Part shown: piece by piece, positions 22,922-33,222 of the stretch | Numbering within the stretch: the stretch's first letter is position 1 | How the letters are laid out: the number at the start of each line of letters is the position of its first letter | Assembly: GCA_043814095.1 (NCBI GenBank) | Contig: JBDRKI010000052.1 | Span: forward strand, 1 to 47,129 | Direction of reading: 5' to 3' | Length of the DNA stretch: 47,129 nucleotides | Source of the DNA: Armatimonadota bacterium | GTDB taxonomy: Bacteria > Vulcanimicrobiota > JACPDS01 > JBDRKI01 | The notes under the pieces: model-generated | Told to the model about the DNA's origin: nothing | Seen by the model: only the letters and a program-made list of their open reading frames with translations | Databases searched by the model: none | Position numbers and translations under genes: made by a program

Positions 22922-24277
22922 ATGATAAGGGAATCTAACAACAAAAAGATTAACTATATACTTTTAGTCCTTTTAATTATATTCTGGCTGGTTGTGGTTT
23001 TGTCTAAATTTAATATTGATTTTGACAGACCTGTTCAGGATAAAGCAGGCAGGGAATTGAAGCTCGCGGAAGTGTTTTTAAAATGCGCATGGGCGATCCC
23101 CGATAACGATCCCGCCTTTGCGAATGTCCGGACGGATTTTCTGGAAACATCCTTAAGTTTATATAAACAGGCTTTTTTGAATAATCCTTCAGACACGGAT
23201 ATTTTATCAAGCTGTGCGGTTATAACGTATGAGCTGAAAAAAACTAAAGAACCCCAAATTTATATTAATAAAATAAAAAAGCGCGGGGAAGCCGAAAAAG
23301 CAAGCCTGCTTGAATCTGTTCTTATAAAAAAAGAAAAGTTTCCTGCAAATAAAATTAATTCAACGGAAGAGCGTATTGAAGCCTTATTTTCCAGGAATGC
23401 GGCTTCGGTGCTTCTCTATAACTTTTATGATACTAACGGTTTTGCGAAAGAAAGAAATCTGATTGATTATAAAAATGAAAACGAGGGAAGAAGTCTTCTC
23501 GTAAAGATATCTCTTCTGGGCCTGTCCGTTATGCTTGTATTTTCGCTCGGTACCATATTTATGCTTCTTTTTGCGTTTAAACTTTATAAAAACCCGAGAC
23601 TTCTCAAAGAAAAGCTTAACGAGGAAATATCTTTAAGAAAAGCCTTCCTTATATTCATATTATGGGATTTTCTCCATATAGGCGCGGGTCTTGCCCTTTA
23701 TGTTATGGGATTAAAGAGCATAACTATTATTAATATCGTTGCGGTTTATGCCGTAATATCGTTTTTTGTGCTGTTTCTAATTTTCAAATCTATGGGGATA
23801 CAGTTTCTGCAGACAGAAGGCGGTCTTTTCAGGGATATTTTGTGGGGGTTCGGCGGTTACTGCGCGATTCTTCCGGTTATGCTTGCCGCCGCGATTGTAA
23901 ACTATATTATTTTCAGCGGTATGGATATATCATCTAACCCTGTTTTTAAACTCATGGGAGGCAATAATACCCCTCTGGATAATATACTGCTTTTTCTTAT
24001 GGTTGTAATCCTGGGTCCTCTGGTAGAAGAGATAGTTTTCAGGGGCTGTTTGTTTACCGCGTTCAGGAAGCATTTCGGTTTTGTGTTTTCACTTTTCCTC
24101 GTCTCTTTCCTTTTTGCGTTTATACACGGGGACTTGTTTGCTTTAATACCTATTTTCTGCATAGGTTTTATTCTGGGTATTGTTTATGAATACACAGGCA
24201 GTGTAAGGGCAAGTTTTGTAACACATGCATTATGGAATTTAAATACATTTATAATTTTTATGCTGTTTTTAAAGTAG
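22922..24277 (+). CDS. CPBP (CAAX/Abi) family intramembrane metalloprotease with soluble helical N-terminal domain
   Basis: PLVEEIVFRG, FAFIH, THALWN motifs; multiple TM segments. Confidence 0.88.
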   Translation: MIRESNNKKINYILLVLLIIFWLVVVLSKFNIDFDRPVQDKAGRELKLAEVFLKCAWAIPDNDPAFANVRTDFLETSLSLYKQAFLNNPSDTDILSSCAVITYELKKTKEPQIYINKIKKRGEAEKASLLESVLIKKEKFPANKINSTEERIEALFSRNAASVLLYNFYDTNGFAKERNLIDYKNENEGRSLLVKISLLGLSVMLVFSLGTIFMLLFAFKLYKNPRLLKEKLNEEISLRKAFLIFILWDFLHIGAGLALYVMGLKSITIINIVAVYAVISFFVLFLIFKSMGIQFLQTEGGLFRDILWGFGGYCAILPVMLAAAIVNYIIFSGMDISSNPVFKLMGGNNTPLDNILLFLMVVILGPLVEEIVFRGCLFTAFRKHFGFVFSLFLVSFLFAFIHGDLFALIPIFCIGFILGIVYEYTGSVRASFVTHALWNLNTFIIFMLFLK

Positions 24278-24302
24278 CTAAAGAATCGGTCAAGGAGGGC
24301 TT

Positions 24303-25388
24303 ATGAAAAGAATTGCTATCTCAACAGGCGGGGGAGATTGCCCCGGTTTAAACGCGGTTATAAGGGCGGTATTTAAAACGGCGCATATAAAATATAAGGC
24401 TGAGGTTCTTGGCATAGAGGACGGGTTTGACGGATTGATTAAGCCGGACAAGATACGGAAACTGACCCCGCATGATGTATCAGGCATAATATCGGAAGGC
24501 GGGACCATACTCGGCACGACAAACCGTGGAAATCCTTTTTCCTACAGGGTTGTAAAGGGGGATAAAGTTGAGAGACACGATTATTCAAAACGTGTTATAA
24601 ACAAACTTAAAGAATTAAAAGTAGATTGCATGGTTGTTATTGGCGGAGACGGTACCTTAAAAATAGCCAAAGAATTTTTTGATCTCGGGGTTAATGTTGT
24701 GGGTGTCCCTAAAACCATTGATAATGATCTGGATTTTACGGATGTAACCTTCGGTTTTGATACCGCGGTAAATACCGCCATGGAGGCAATCGACAGGATA
24801 AGAACAACGGGTGAGAGCCATCACAGGGTTATGGTTGTTGAAGTAATGGGAAGAGAAGCGGGGTGGATAGCCCTGCATTCAGGCATATCCGGCGGGGCAA
24901 GCGTAATTCTTATTCCGGAGATACCTTTTGAGATTGATAAAGTCTGTGAGCATATAAAACAGAGGCACAGGCAGGGCCTTACATCAAGTATAGTCGTTGT
25001 ATCAGAGGGAGCCTACCCTAAGAGCGGCAAAAGAGTATATAAGCCCGGCGCAGGGGATCCGGGGGCAAATAAAGTGCTTGGCGGTATCGGTGAAAGAGTG
25101 GGGAATAAAATAGAGGCTATTACCAGGTTTGAGACCCGCACTACCGTTCTGGGACATATTCAGCGCGGCGGTTCGCCTTCGGCAAGAGATAGGACTCTTG
25201 GAACAATATTCGGCGCCATGGCCGTTGAGCTTGCGGCAAAAAAAGATTACGGCAAGATGGTAGCAATTCATAAAGGAGAATTTACATCAGCATCGCTTGC
25301 TGTTGCTGTCGGCAAATTAAAGCTTGTAAGGTCGGATAATCCAATGCTTCTGGCATCAAGAAGTATAGGTGTAGAATTCGGGGATTAA
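24303..25388 (+). CDS. pfkA: 6-phosphofructokinase (group III type)
   Basis: TGGGDCPGLNA, GGTILGT, IGGDGT, PKTIDND, EVMGR, LGHIQRGG. Confidence 0.95.
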   Translation: MKRIAISTGGGDCPGLNAVIRAVFKTAHIKYKAEVLGIEDGFDGLIKPDKIRKLTPHDVSGIISEGGTILGTTNRGNPFSYRVVKGDKVERHDYSKRVINKLKELKVDCMVVIGGDGTLKIAKEFFDLGVNVVGVPKTIDNDLDFTDVTFGFDTAVNTAMEAIDRIRTTGESHHRVMVVEVMGREAGWIALHSGISGGASVILIPEIPFEIDKVCEHIKQRHRQGLTSSIVVVSEGAYPKSGKRVYKPGAGDPGANKVLGGIGERVGNKIEAITRFETRTTVLGHIQRGGSPSARDRTLGTIFGAMAVELAAKKDYGKMVAIHKGEFTSASLAVAVGKLKLVRSDNPMLLASRSIGVEFGD

Positions 25389-25400
25389 ATTTAAGAGATT

Positions 25401-25447
25401 ATAAATAATAAAAACGCCCGCGCGATGCGGGCATTTTTATTATTTAT
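25401..25447. terminator. Bidirectional Rho-independent terminator
   Basis: ATAAATAATAAAAA-CGCCCGC...GCGGGCA-TTTTTATTATTTAT between convergent genes. Confidence 0.85.
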
Positions 25448-25476
25448 TTACTTATTTGTATATTTGTAAGGCATTA

Positions 25477-26400
25477 TTATTCCTCGGTTTTGTCTTCTTC
25501 TTTTGCTTCTTTCCTTGGTTTTTTATCTTCTTTACCCGGGTTTTTGGCTTTTTCTAATTTATATTTCGCGTAAGAGTTCTGGGGATTTATTTTTAATGCC
25601 TGTTCAAAAGCCGATACCGCCGCCGGGTAATTTTTTTCTTTTAAGTAAATATCCCCGATTAGCTGGGGTGAATAATAGCCCTGGGTAACTCCCAGGGGAT
25701 CAAGCTCTGAACATTTACTCAGATAACTTATAGATTCATTGTATTGGCCCAGATCATAGAATGACGATCCTATATAATAGTATGCATCGGGATAATTGGG
25801 AACAAGCTCTGCTATTTTCTGGAAGTATATTAATGCTTCATCGGGTTTTTTATCGTCAACAAGAAGAATATTGCCGATAAATTCCGCGGCTACAACATCG
25901 TTCGGGTTTAGCTGAAACGCCTTGTAGAAATAAGCTTTGGCTCTCGGTATCATTCTCTTCTGGTAGTAGACAAGACCCAGTCCTGTGTAAGCGGATCCGA
26001 GCTTGGGGTCAAGTTTCAGCGCTTTTTTAAACTGTTCAATGGCTTCTACTTCAAAGCTGGAGTTAATAAGGCTTCTGGCGAAATACGCCATGCCCAGGTT
26101 TGATATTGCCAGTGCGTCATCAGGTTTTGCCATGACTTCCTGCTCAAATTTATTTGAGATAGCCGAGAGGTTTTTCTCTTTCTCATAGCAGTCAAGAACA
26201 TAAAGTACGGCAAGGTTGTCATACGGGTTTTCAACCAGGGATGCTTCAAATTTCTGGGCAGCCGCATTCCAGTCTCTCTGGTAGAAGAGCTGGATGCCTT
26301 CATCCATGTTGGAAGCAGAAGCTCCAGGGCTGAGCATGTATATTGCCGCAGCCAGCAGAACTAAAACCAGAGCCGTGTTTTTAATCATTTTTAATTTCAT
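25477..26400 (-). CDS. Exported tetratricopeptide-repeat protein
   Basis: Signal peptide (A-S-A); repeated A...LG..Y......A...F.KAL.L.P units. Confidence 0.88.
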   Translation of the reverse strand: MKLKMIKNTALVLVLLAAAIYMLSPGASASNMDEGIQLFYQRDWNAAAQKFEASLVENPYDNLAVLYVLDCYEKEKNLSAISNKFEQEVMAKPDDALAISNLGMAYFARSLINSSFEVEAIEQFKKALKLDPKLGSAYTGLGLVYYQKRMIPRAKAYFYKAFQLNPNDVVAAEFIGNILLVDDKKPDEALIYFQKIAELVPNYPDAYYYIGSSFYDLGQYNESISYLSKCSELDPLGVTQGYYSPQLIGDIYLKEKNYPAAVSAFEQALKINPQNSYAKYKLEKAKNPGKEDKKPRKEAKEEDKTEE

Positions 26401-26513
26401 AGATACTCCTAAAGTAATTCTTAATTTATAATAAGTATTATAGTATTATAAAGCTTTTTTCTAGTCATTTCAAGTAAATCCCTTTAAAATATTAAGTAGC
26501 ATTTTTAAAAGGA

Positions 26514-27083
26514 TTATTTCAAGCCGCAGAATTTCCTCCATAGGACGATGACTTTTTTGACATAATTCTGCGTTTCCTTATACGGCGGTATACCGTTATA
26601 TTTTATAACAGCCCCGTATCCGGCGTTATAAGCGGCAAGGGTGTTGTGTACCCTCTGCTTATAGGGCAGGTGGCCGAACCTGTCATAGTTCAGTTTCAGG
26701 AGCCTTACCATAAGAGCTATATTTTCATTGGGCGTGAACGGCCGGGTTACTCCGTGGGCTTTCAGGTTCTCGGGCATGATCTGGCCCAGTCCCATTGCTC
26801 CCGCGGGGGATATGGCTTTAGGGTTAAATGTGGATTCAATGGCTATTACTGCCATCACAAATCTCGGGTCTAACCGGTGCTGGTAGCTCCGGTAGATTAC
26901 ATTACTCACGATATCGGCAACTTCGTTCTGGGATAGTGAGGGATTATAATATTTTACCGTTGTGTAATACGCGTTCCACACCGAAGAGGCATTATTTTTT
27001 TCTTCCGCGTGACAATTATAGATACAACCGGAAAAAAGGACAAGCAGTATTAAGATTAAAAAAACTATCCTTTTTGTATTCAT
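26514..27083 (-). CDS. Exported lytic transglycosylase (SLT domain)
   Basis: IAIESTFNPKAISPAGAMGLGQIMP, AAYNAG.GAV, PPYKETQNYV. Confidence 0.93.
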   Translation of the reverse strand: MNTKRIVFLILILLVLFSGCIYNCHAEEKNNASSVWNAYYTTVKYYNPSLSQNEVADIVSNVIYRSYQHRLDPRFVMAVIAIESTFNPKAISPAGAMGLGQIMPENLKAHGVTRPFTPNENIALMVRLLKLNYDRFGHLPYKQRVHNTLAAYNAGYGAVIKYNGIPPYKETQNYVKKVIVLWRKFCGLK

Positions 27084-27883
27084 AAATCACCTGTAAGTTT
27101 TTTGTAAAATTCCGGACGCCTGTCTTTAAAAGCGTCATTATGCCCCAGCATTTTTTTATTATCGCTTAATGCAGGGTTAATATCACAGACCTTTAATGAT
27201 TCTTCTCGCTCCCCCGCAGAGAGAAGTCTTTTTCCGTCAGGAGACACGACCTGGCTCCTGCCTATATATGTCAGGGACTTTTCTTCTCTTTTTTCGGTTC
27301 CTGTCCTGTTTGCGGTAATTGAGAAGACTTTATTCTCAAGAGATCTTGTTATCATGGCATCGGGACAGTTCGGGAGAACCAGGTTCGCCGGTTGGCATAT
27401 TATCTGCGCGCCTTCTAAAGCCAGGGTTCTTGCCGCTTCCGGAAAATACCAGTCAAAACATATCATTATACCTATGCGCGCCATACCTGTATCATAAACC
27501 TTAAAAGGCTTGTCCCCGGGAGAGAAATATAATTTTTCCTCGTTAAAAAGATGTATTTTCCTGTAAGTATCAATATATCCGCCCGGTCCTACAAGTACGG
27601 CGCTGTTATAGAATTTATCTTTACATACTTCGGGCAGGCCTGCCGCTATATGGCAGTTCTTTTCCCGCGCCAGGCGTATAAGCGCTTCTGTTGTGGGGCC
27701 TCCGGGTATATTTTCAGAAAGATTTGCTACCTCCTCTTTGCTTAAGAAAAGATAACCGGTATTAAAAAACTCGGGCAGCACGATAAGATCCGCTTCTGTT
27801 TTTTCAAAAGTTTTTTTTACCTTATTGATATTTTCCTGTTTTTTCCCGAACTCCGGGTTAAACTGATAAAATCCGACTTTCAT
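27080..27883 (-). CDS. Carbon-nitrogen hydrolase (nitrilase superfamily)
   Basis: E-K-C triad: VLPEFF, YRKIHL, ICFDWYFPE; DRRPEFY end. Confidence 0.92.
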   Translation of the reverse strand: MKVGFYQFNPEFGKKQENINKVKKTFEKTEADLIVLPEFFNTGYLFLSKEEVANLSENIPGGPTTEALIRLAREKNCHIAAGLPEVCKDKFYNSAVLVGPGGYIDTYRKIHLFNEEKLYFSPGDKPFKVYDTGMARIGIMICFDWYFPEAARTLALEGAQIICQPANLVLPNCPDAMITRSLENKVFSITANRTGTEKREEKSLTYIGRSQVVSPDGKRLLSAGEREESLKVCDINPALSDNKKMLGHNDAFKDRRPEFYKKLTGDL

Positions 27884-28036
27884 TGGGTTAAACCTTTCTT
27901 TAACGAAGGCTTGCTATTAATCTTATTAATTATATAATATACTTAAGAAAAAGGGAAGGAATTTAACTTAATATATATAAATAATAAAAAAAACTATTAT
28001 TTTAAATTTTAATTATAACAAAGGAAGAAATGTACT

Positions 28037-31000
28037 ATGTATTTGAAGAAATTATCAATATTAGGTTTTAAAACATTCGCAGATAAAACTACGCTGGAGT
28101 TTGCTCCGGGCATTACATGTATAGTCGGACCCAACGGCGGAGGAAAGAGCAATATCGCGGACTCGGTCCGTTTTTGTTTGGGAGAACAGAGCACAAAAAG
28201 TCTCCGCGCGCAGCGCCTTGAAGAAGTTATATTCGCGGGCTCTGCCGTAAGAAAACTTCTCGGCATGGGTGAAGTGGAGATGCTTTTTGATAACTCGGAT
28301 AAGACCCTGCCCATAGAGTTTGCGGAGATTGATATAAAGCGCAGGATCTTCAGGGAAGGCGAGAACCAGTTTTTTATAAATAAATCACAGACCCGCTTAA
28401 AAGACATTCAAGAACTTTTTATGGGTACGGGCATAGGTTCCGGCGGCCTTGCTTTTTTAAGCCAGAACGAGGCGGATCTTGTTCTTTCCAGCTCAGAAAA
28501 CCGCAGGATGATTATTGAAGAGGTAGCGGGCACGAATAAGTATAAATTCAGGAAAAAAGAAGCCGCGAGAAAACTTGCCCATACCGATTTGAATTTGTCC
28601 CGCCTTCACGATATTTTAAACGAAGTTAACAACCAGTTGAAATCACTGGAATCCCAGGTCAGAAAATTCAGGAGATATAATAAATACAAGGTAATGCTTA
28701 CCGAGCTGGAAAGGGAATTTTTACTTGCTAAAATTAAGAAGCTTGACGAGGACTACCAGCCCATAAACGATGAGATAGAAAAGGTCAAAAAGCAGGAAGA
28801 CGACCTGGCCTGCAAGTTAAGACAGCTTGAGGAAGTAAAAGATTCGCAGAATAAGCTTCTATGGGAGAACGAAGAAAAGCTTAATAACATGGAAGAAACC
28901 ATAACGCAGACGCGTCTCCAGAAGCAGAAGCAGAACGATTTTAAAGAATTAATAGAAGAAAGAATTACCAACTATATAGACGGCCAGAACCAGCTCTTGA
29001 AAGAGATTGAGAATATAAAGCATCTGGAAGATACGGGTAATTTAAAAATAGGCGAGTATAAAAGTCTTATCGAGCAGTGCATAAAAGAACAGGAAAAGAT
29101 AGAAGCCGGTCTCAAAGAAGAGATAGAATGCGAAAAAAAGATGAAGCAGGAAAGAGGTCTTCCAAACGCGGTTTTGAGCGAAAGATACCAGAATATTATA
29201 AGCGAAGTTTCGCATCTTAAAGGGCAGGTAAGCTCCATAACGGAAAAGCTCAAATACGCCGGACAGGAAATCTACAGGCTTTCCGGGCGTTTTGAAGAGT
29301 TAAAATTAAAACTTGACGGATGCGCCAGAACGGCAACCAAAAATGCGGCTTCAAAAACAAGAATTGAAGATGCGCTTGACGCGAACAAAAAAATACTGGC
29401 AGGACTGGAGAATGTTTATTTAAACGAATGGGAAAAAATCTGTTATCTTAACAGCCAGGAAACGGAAATTAATAAGGAAATCGGCGCTTTAAGCGCCAGG
29501 GGCGAGCTGTTAAAGAAGCTTGAGCATGATGTAAATTACAGAAGAGGCGCAAGCAAAAAGATTTTAGAGAGCAAAGAAACAATTCCCGGGATTCTGGGCC
29601 TTCTGACCCATGCCATAAATTTTCCGGAAAAGCTGGCGTTTGCCGTAGAGTCATTGCTCCGCTTCCACATGGAAGACGTGATAGTTGAAACAGAATCCAG
29701 CGCTATAGACTGTATTAATTACCTGAAAGATACAAAAGGCGGCTTTGTAACCTGCTGGCCGTGCGACGGGACTGATTACCAGCTTGATTTTAAGGCGCAG
29801 GTTTCGTTTGATGAAGGAATTACTGGGTGGGCCTCTGATCTTATCCAGGTTGAATTAAAGTATGAAAAAATATTTAAGTCGCTGCTTCACAATGTTTTAG
29901 TGGTTAATGATATAAATACGGCCAAGAAGCTGAGGTCATTTTTCAAATCAAAAGGCGCCCCCGTTACCATTGTAACCCTGTCAGGCGATATATTTATGCC
30001 TAACGGAGCAATACGCGGCGGAGCTCAGGGCGAACAACCCCTTATTGTTTCATGGGATAAAGAATATGATAAAATAAGCAGGTCGCTTGAGGACGCGAAA
30101 GCCCGGCTCCAGACCGCGGCTAAAGAAAAAGCCGACCTTGAAGACAACCGCCTTAGAACAGACCGTATAATAAAAGAGAAAGAAAGAATCTGCACTGACC
30201 TTACATCCAAACTTAACGGCCTTGAAGCAAAAGAAAAGTTTTTAATTAACCAGCTTAACGCCATGGAGATTGAACAGAGCCAGATAAGCGACCAGCTTTC
30301 TGATTTAAAAACCGAGGAAGTTCTTCTTAAGGATACTCTCGGCAAGTTTGAACAGGACCTCATAACAAAAGAACAGGAACATATCCTTGTGGAAACAAGC
30401 TTTAGAGACCAAAAAGATGTATCAAGCCAGATAGACGGCGATTTGGAAAGAGTGCGTTCCCGCATAGAGGAGCTTCTGGTAAGACAGGCTCAGATGAAGC
30501 AGAAAGAAACGGACCTGAACGAGAAAATAGAGATATTTACAAAACAGAACTCAGAAGCCGGGCAGAGATTAAGCGATATAGACGAACAGACGGAAGTTTT
30601 AAAAGAAAAAGCGGAACAGTCCATGCAGACGAAAATAAATATAGAGAAAGAGCTGGAAACAATATCTGAAAATATGGAAAAACTTCTGCAGGAGAAAGAA
30701 ATTCTTTCAGGGGAGACAGCTTCCGTTGAGAAACAGTATAAAGAAACGCTTTCAAGCATAAACAGCACAAAAGAGGAAAAAGATAACTACCATGATCAGT
30801 ACTATAAGCTTGAGATGAAAAAAGTTGAATATGAAACCAAGTACTCCGATTATAAGAGCCAGCTGTTAAATTATAATATAAATTTTGAGGAAGTTGACTG
30901 GGAATCAGTCCGGATTCCGGATTTTACGGCTCTTGATAAGCAGATAAACAGGCTGAAAAACTTTGTTAATAATTTTGGCGGTGTTAACCTTGCTGCGGAA

Positions 31001-31621
31001 GAAGATTACAAGCAGTTTAAAGAAAGACAGGAGTTTCTATCACAGCAGATACAGGACCTTGAAAATGCCAAAGAATCTCTCCTTAAAGCGATAAAAGAGT
31101 ATGATGAAAACTGCATAGTTAAATTTAAAGAGACATTTGCCGCTGTTGCCGAAAAGTTTAAAGAGATTTTTACGGAAGTATTCAGGGGGGGGACAGCTTC
31201 GCTTGTTTTGACAAATGAAGAAGATATTCTGGAAAGCGGCGTTGATATAAAAGCGCAACCACCGGGCAAAAGACTGCAGAATATATCTCTTCTTTCTGGA
31301 GGCGAGAAATCCTTAACTTCTGTCGCGTTTTTATTCGCGCTGCTTGAAGTGCGCAGAACCCCGTTTATCATTATGGACGAGCTTGACGCGCCCCTGGATG
31401 ATTCAAATATTGTAAGGGTTGCGGATCTTATAAAAAGATACAGTAAAGAATCCCAGTTTATAATAATCACCCATAACAGAAAAACCATGGAAGTGGCCGA
31501 TATGCTTTACGGGGTGACAATGGAAGAGCAGGGTGTCTCAAAAATACTGGCAGTGCGGCTTGAAGAAGCTCAGGAAGAGTACTCTTATTCCGAGGGAAAA
31601 GAAACGGCATCGGTTAATTAG
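28037..31621 (+). CDS. smc: Chromosome segregation protein SMC
   Basis: GFKTF, Walker A GPNGGGKSN, coiled coils with hinge (G.IRGG), LSGGEK, IIMDELDAPLD, IITH. Confidence 0.96.
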   Translation: MYLKKLSILGFKTFADKTTLEFAPGITCIVGPNGGGKSNIADSVRFCLGEQSTKSLRAQRLEEVIFAGSAVRKLLGMGEVEMLFDNSDKTLPIEFAEIDIKRRIFREGENQFFINKSQTRLKDIQELFMGTGIGSGGLAFLSQNEADLVLSSSENRRMIIEEVAGTNKYKFRKKEAARKLAHTDLNLSRLHDILNEVNNQLKSLESQVRKFRRYNKYKVMLTELEREFLLAKIKKLDEDYQPINDEIEKVKKQEDDLACKLRQLEEVKDSQNKLLWENEEKLNNMEETITQTRLQKQKQNDFKELIEERITNYIDGQNQLLKEIENIKHLEDTGNLKIGEYKSLIEQCIKEQEKIEAGLKEEIECEKKMKQERGLPNAVLSERYQNIISEVSHLKGQVSSITEKLKYAGQEIYRLSGRFEELKLKLDGCARTATKNAASKTRIEDALDANKKILAGLENVYLNEWEKICYLNSQETEINKEIGALSARGELLKKLEHDVNYRRGASKKILESKETIPGILGLLTHAINFPEKLAFAVESLLRFHMEDVIVETESSAIDCINYLKDTKGGFVTCWPCDGTDYQLDFKAQVSFDEGITGWASDLIQVELKYEKIFKSLLHNVLVVNDINTAKKLRSFFKSKGAPVTIVTLSGDIFMPNGAIRGGAQGEQPLIVSWDKEYDKISRSLEDAKARLQTAAKEKADLEDNRLRTDRIIKEKERICTDLTSKLNGLEAKEKFLINQLNAMEIEQSQISDQLSDLKTEEVLLKDTLGKFEQDLITKEQEHILVETSFRDQKDVSSQIDGDLERVRSRIEELLVRQAQMKQKETDLNEKIEIFTKQNSEAGQRLSDIDEQTEVLKEKAEQSMQTKINIEKELETISENMEKLLQEKEILSGETASVEKQYKETLSSINSTKEEKDNYHDQYYKLEMKKVEYETKYSDYKSQLLNYNINFEEVDWESVRIPDFTALDKQINRLKNFVNNFGGVNLAAEEDYKQFKERQEFLSQQIQDLENAKESLLKAIKEYDENCIVKFKETFAAVAEKFKEIFTEVFRGGTASLVLTNEEDILESGVDIKAQPPGKRLQNISLLSGGEKSLTSVAFLFALLEVRRTPFIIMDELDAPLDDSNIVRVADLIKRYSKESQFIIITHNRKTMEVADMLYGVTMEEQGVSKILAVRLEEAQEEYSYSEGKETASVN

Positions 31622-31639
31622 AAAAAGAAAAGGTGTTTT

Positions 31640-32500
31640 ATGAAACCTGTATTTTTTATAGAACTTGACAGGCAGCTGTACTTGCCGGGAGAAGAGATAA
31701 CCGGCAAAGTTGTTCTTGATTCTCCCGGTTTTATAAAAATTGACAACATACGTATTTCTTTTAAGGGAACCGAGGTTCTGGGGACAAAGAATTTCTGGTA
31801 TATGTTCAGTGTCCCCATAGTGGATGAAGAGAGGGCTCTTTATGCCACAAATAAAGAAAAAGAAGATGTGGCGGTAAAGTCGGGAGAATACCCCTTTGGT
31901 TTTACCGTACCCTCAAACAGCCCACCTTCTTTTAAAAGCGCTGATTTCGGATGCGAGTATATTTTAAACGCGAGACTGGATCTGGGGCTCGGCAAGCATA
32001 TATCCGCAAAAAATCATATAACGGTTGTGCCGAACGCGGCTATGTATCCTAAAAATTACGAAGTGGAATTCGGCGTAAGCAATAATGATATTCTTTTCAG
32101 ATGTTTTCTGGAAAAAGAATATTTCTTCACTGGCGATAATTTAAGGGGCAATTACCACATTGAATATCCGGCAGATAATCCCCTGCGCAGTATTGAATTT
32201 AAGATTGAGGCGGAAGGAGTCTCGCTGGACAAAGACTTTCCTTTTACGGAGAAGATATGGGAAAGCATGAAAGCTATTGATATAAAACCAGGAGTCACCC
32301 AGTCATCCGGAGATAATTTCTTTTTTGCAATTCCCGATACCGCGCCTCCTTCGGGCTTATGGAATACTTTCAGGGTTTACTGGACAGTAAGCGCGAAGGT
32401 GACCCTTTCCCGCGGCGAGTCATATACGGCGAAGGCGTATTTTGACGTATTTAAATTTTATGATAAATTCTGGGAAGAGGTAGAAAGCCCCCAAAAATAA
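31640..32500 (+). CDS. Arrestin-fold / Spo0M-like protein with two tandem domains
   Basis: IELDRQLYLPGEEITGKV...GEYPFGFTVP..SPPSF; second copy LEKEYFFTGDNLRG...FFFAIPDTAPPS. Confidence 0.62.
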   Translation: MKPVFFIELDRQLYLPGEEITGKVVLDSPGFIKIDNIRISFKGTEVLGTKNFWYMFSVPIVDEERALYATNKEKEDVAVKSGEYPFGFTVPSNSPPSFKSADFGCEYILNARLDLGLGKHISAKNHITVVPNAAMYPKNYEVEFGVSNNDILFRCFLEKEYFFTGDNLRGNYHIEYPADNPLRSIEFKIEAEGVSLDKDFPFTEKIWESMKAIDIKPGVTQSSGDNFFFAIPDTAPPSGLWNTFRVYWTVSAKVTLSRGESYTAKAYFDVFKFYDKFWEEVESPQK

Positions 32501-32514
32501 ACGGAGATACTTAT

Positions 32515-33222
32515 ATGGAAAGGTTTATAGAAAAGGCAAGCCGGAAATTCGTCCTGCTTGTCAGCTTATACGATAATGATCCCAAACTTGCCGAGATTGC
32601 GCAGGGCTGCGGCGCGGATGCCGTTAAGGTCCACATAAACGTACTTCACCACGCGAGCAAGACCAATTTTAAGTCATGGCCTGAAGAAAAAAAGAAGATT
32701 ACGGAGATTGTTAAAAATGTAAATATACCCGCGGGCATAGTCCCCGGCGGGGAGGATAAGGTTGCATCATATGAAGAGATGCTGGAGATTGAGGCCGCCG
32801 GTTTTGATTTCTGGGATATATTCGCCCATCACGCACCATCTTATCTTTTTAATTTAAAGAACATGTCAAAAATGATGGCTGTAAATTATCAATATAATCT
32901 TGATTGCCTTCCCGAGCTTGAAGATCTGGGAGTGGAAATTCTGGAAACTTCCATAATAAATCCCGATGAGTACGGAAGGTTATTATCCGCTAAAGACCTA
33001 AGTTATTACAAGTACCTTATTAAAAAAATATCCATACCCGCGGTTGTGCCCACACAGCGAGGCATAAAACCCGGGGAGCTTGATTATCTTATGCAGGCAG
33101 GCGCCCAGGGAATAGGCATAGGGGCTGTTGTAACGGGAAAAGATTACGATACTTATGAAAAGACCGTTAGAAGTTTTGCTCAAAAAATTAAGGAGCTGAA
33201 TGATATTTATGAAAAAATTTAA
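32515..33222 (+). CDS. Uncharacterised TIM-barrel protein linked to sugar ABC transporter
   Basis: Alternating beta/alpha pattern, GADAVKVHINV.H, C-terminal G.GIGAVV phosphate-binding-like segment. Confidence 0.55.
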   Translation: MERFIEKASRKFVLLVSLYDNDPKLAEIAQGCGADAVKVHINVLHHASKTNFKSWPEEKKKITEIVKNVNIPAGIVPGGEDKVASYEEMLEIEAAGFDFWDIFAHHAPSYLFNLKNMSKMMAVNYQYNLDCLPELEDLGVEILETSIINPDEYGRLLSAKDLSYYKYLIKKISIPAVVPTQRGIKPGELDYLMQAGAQGIGIGAVVTGKDYDTYEKTVRSFAQKIKELNDIYEKI

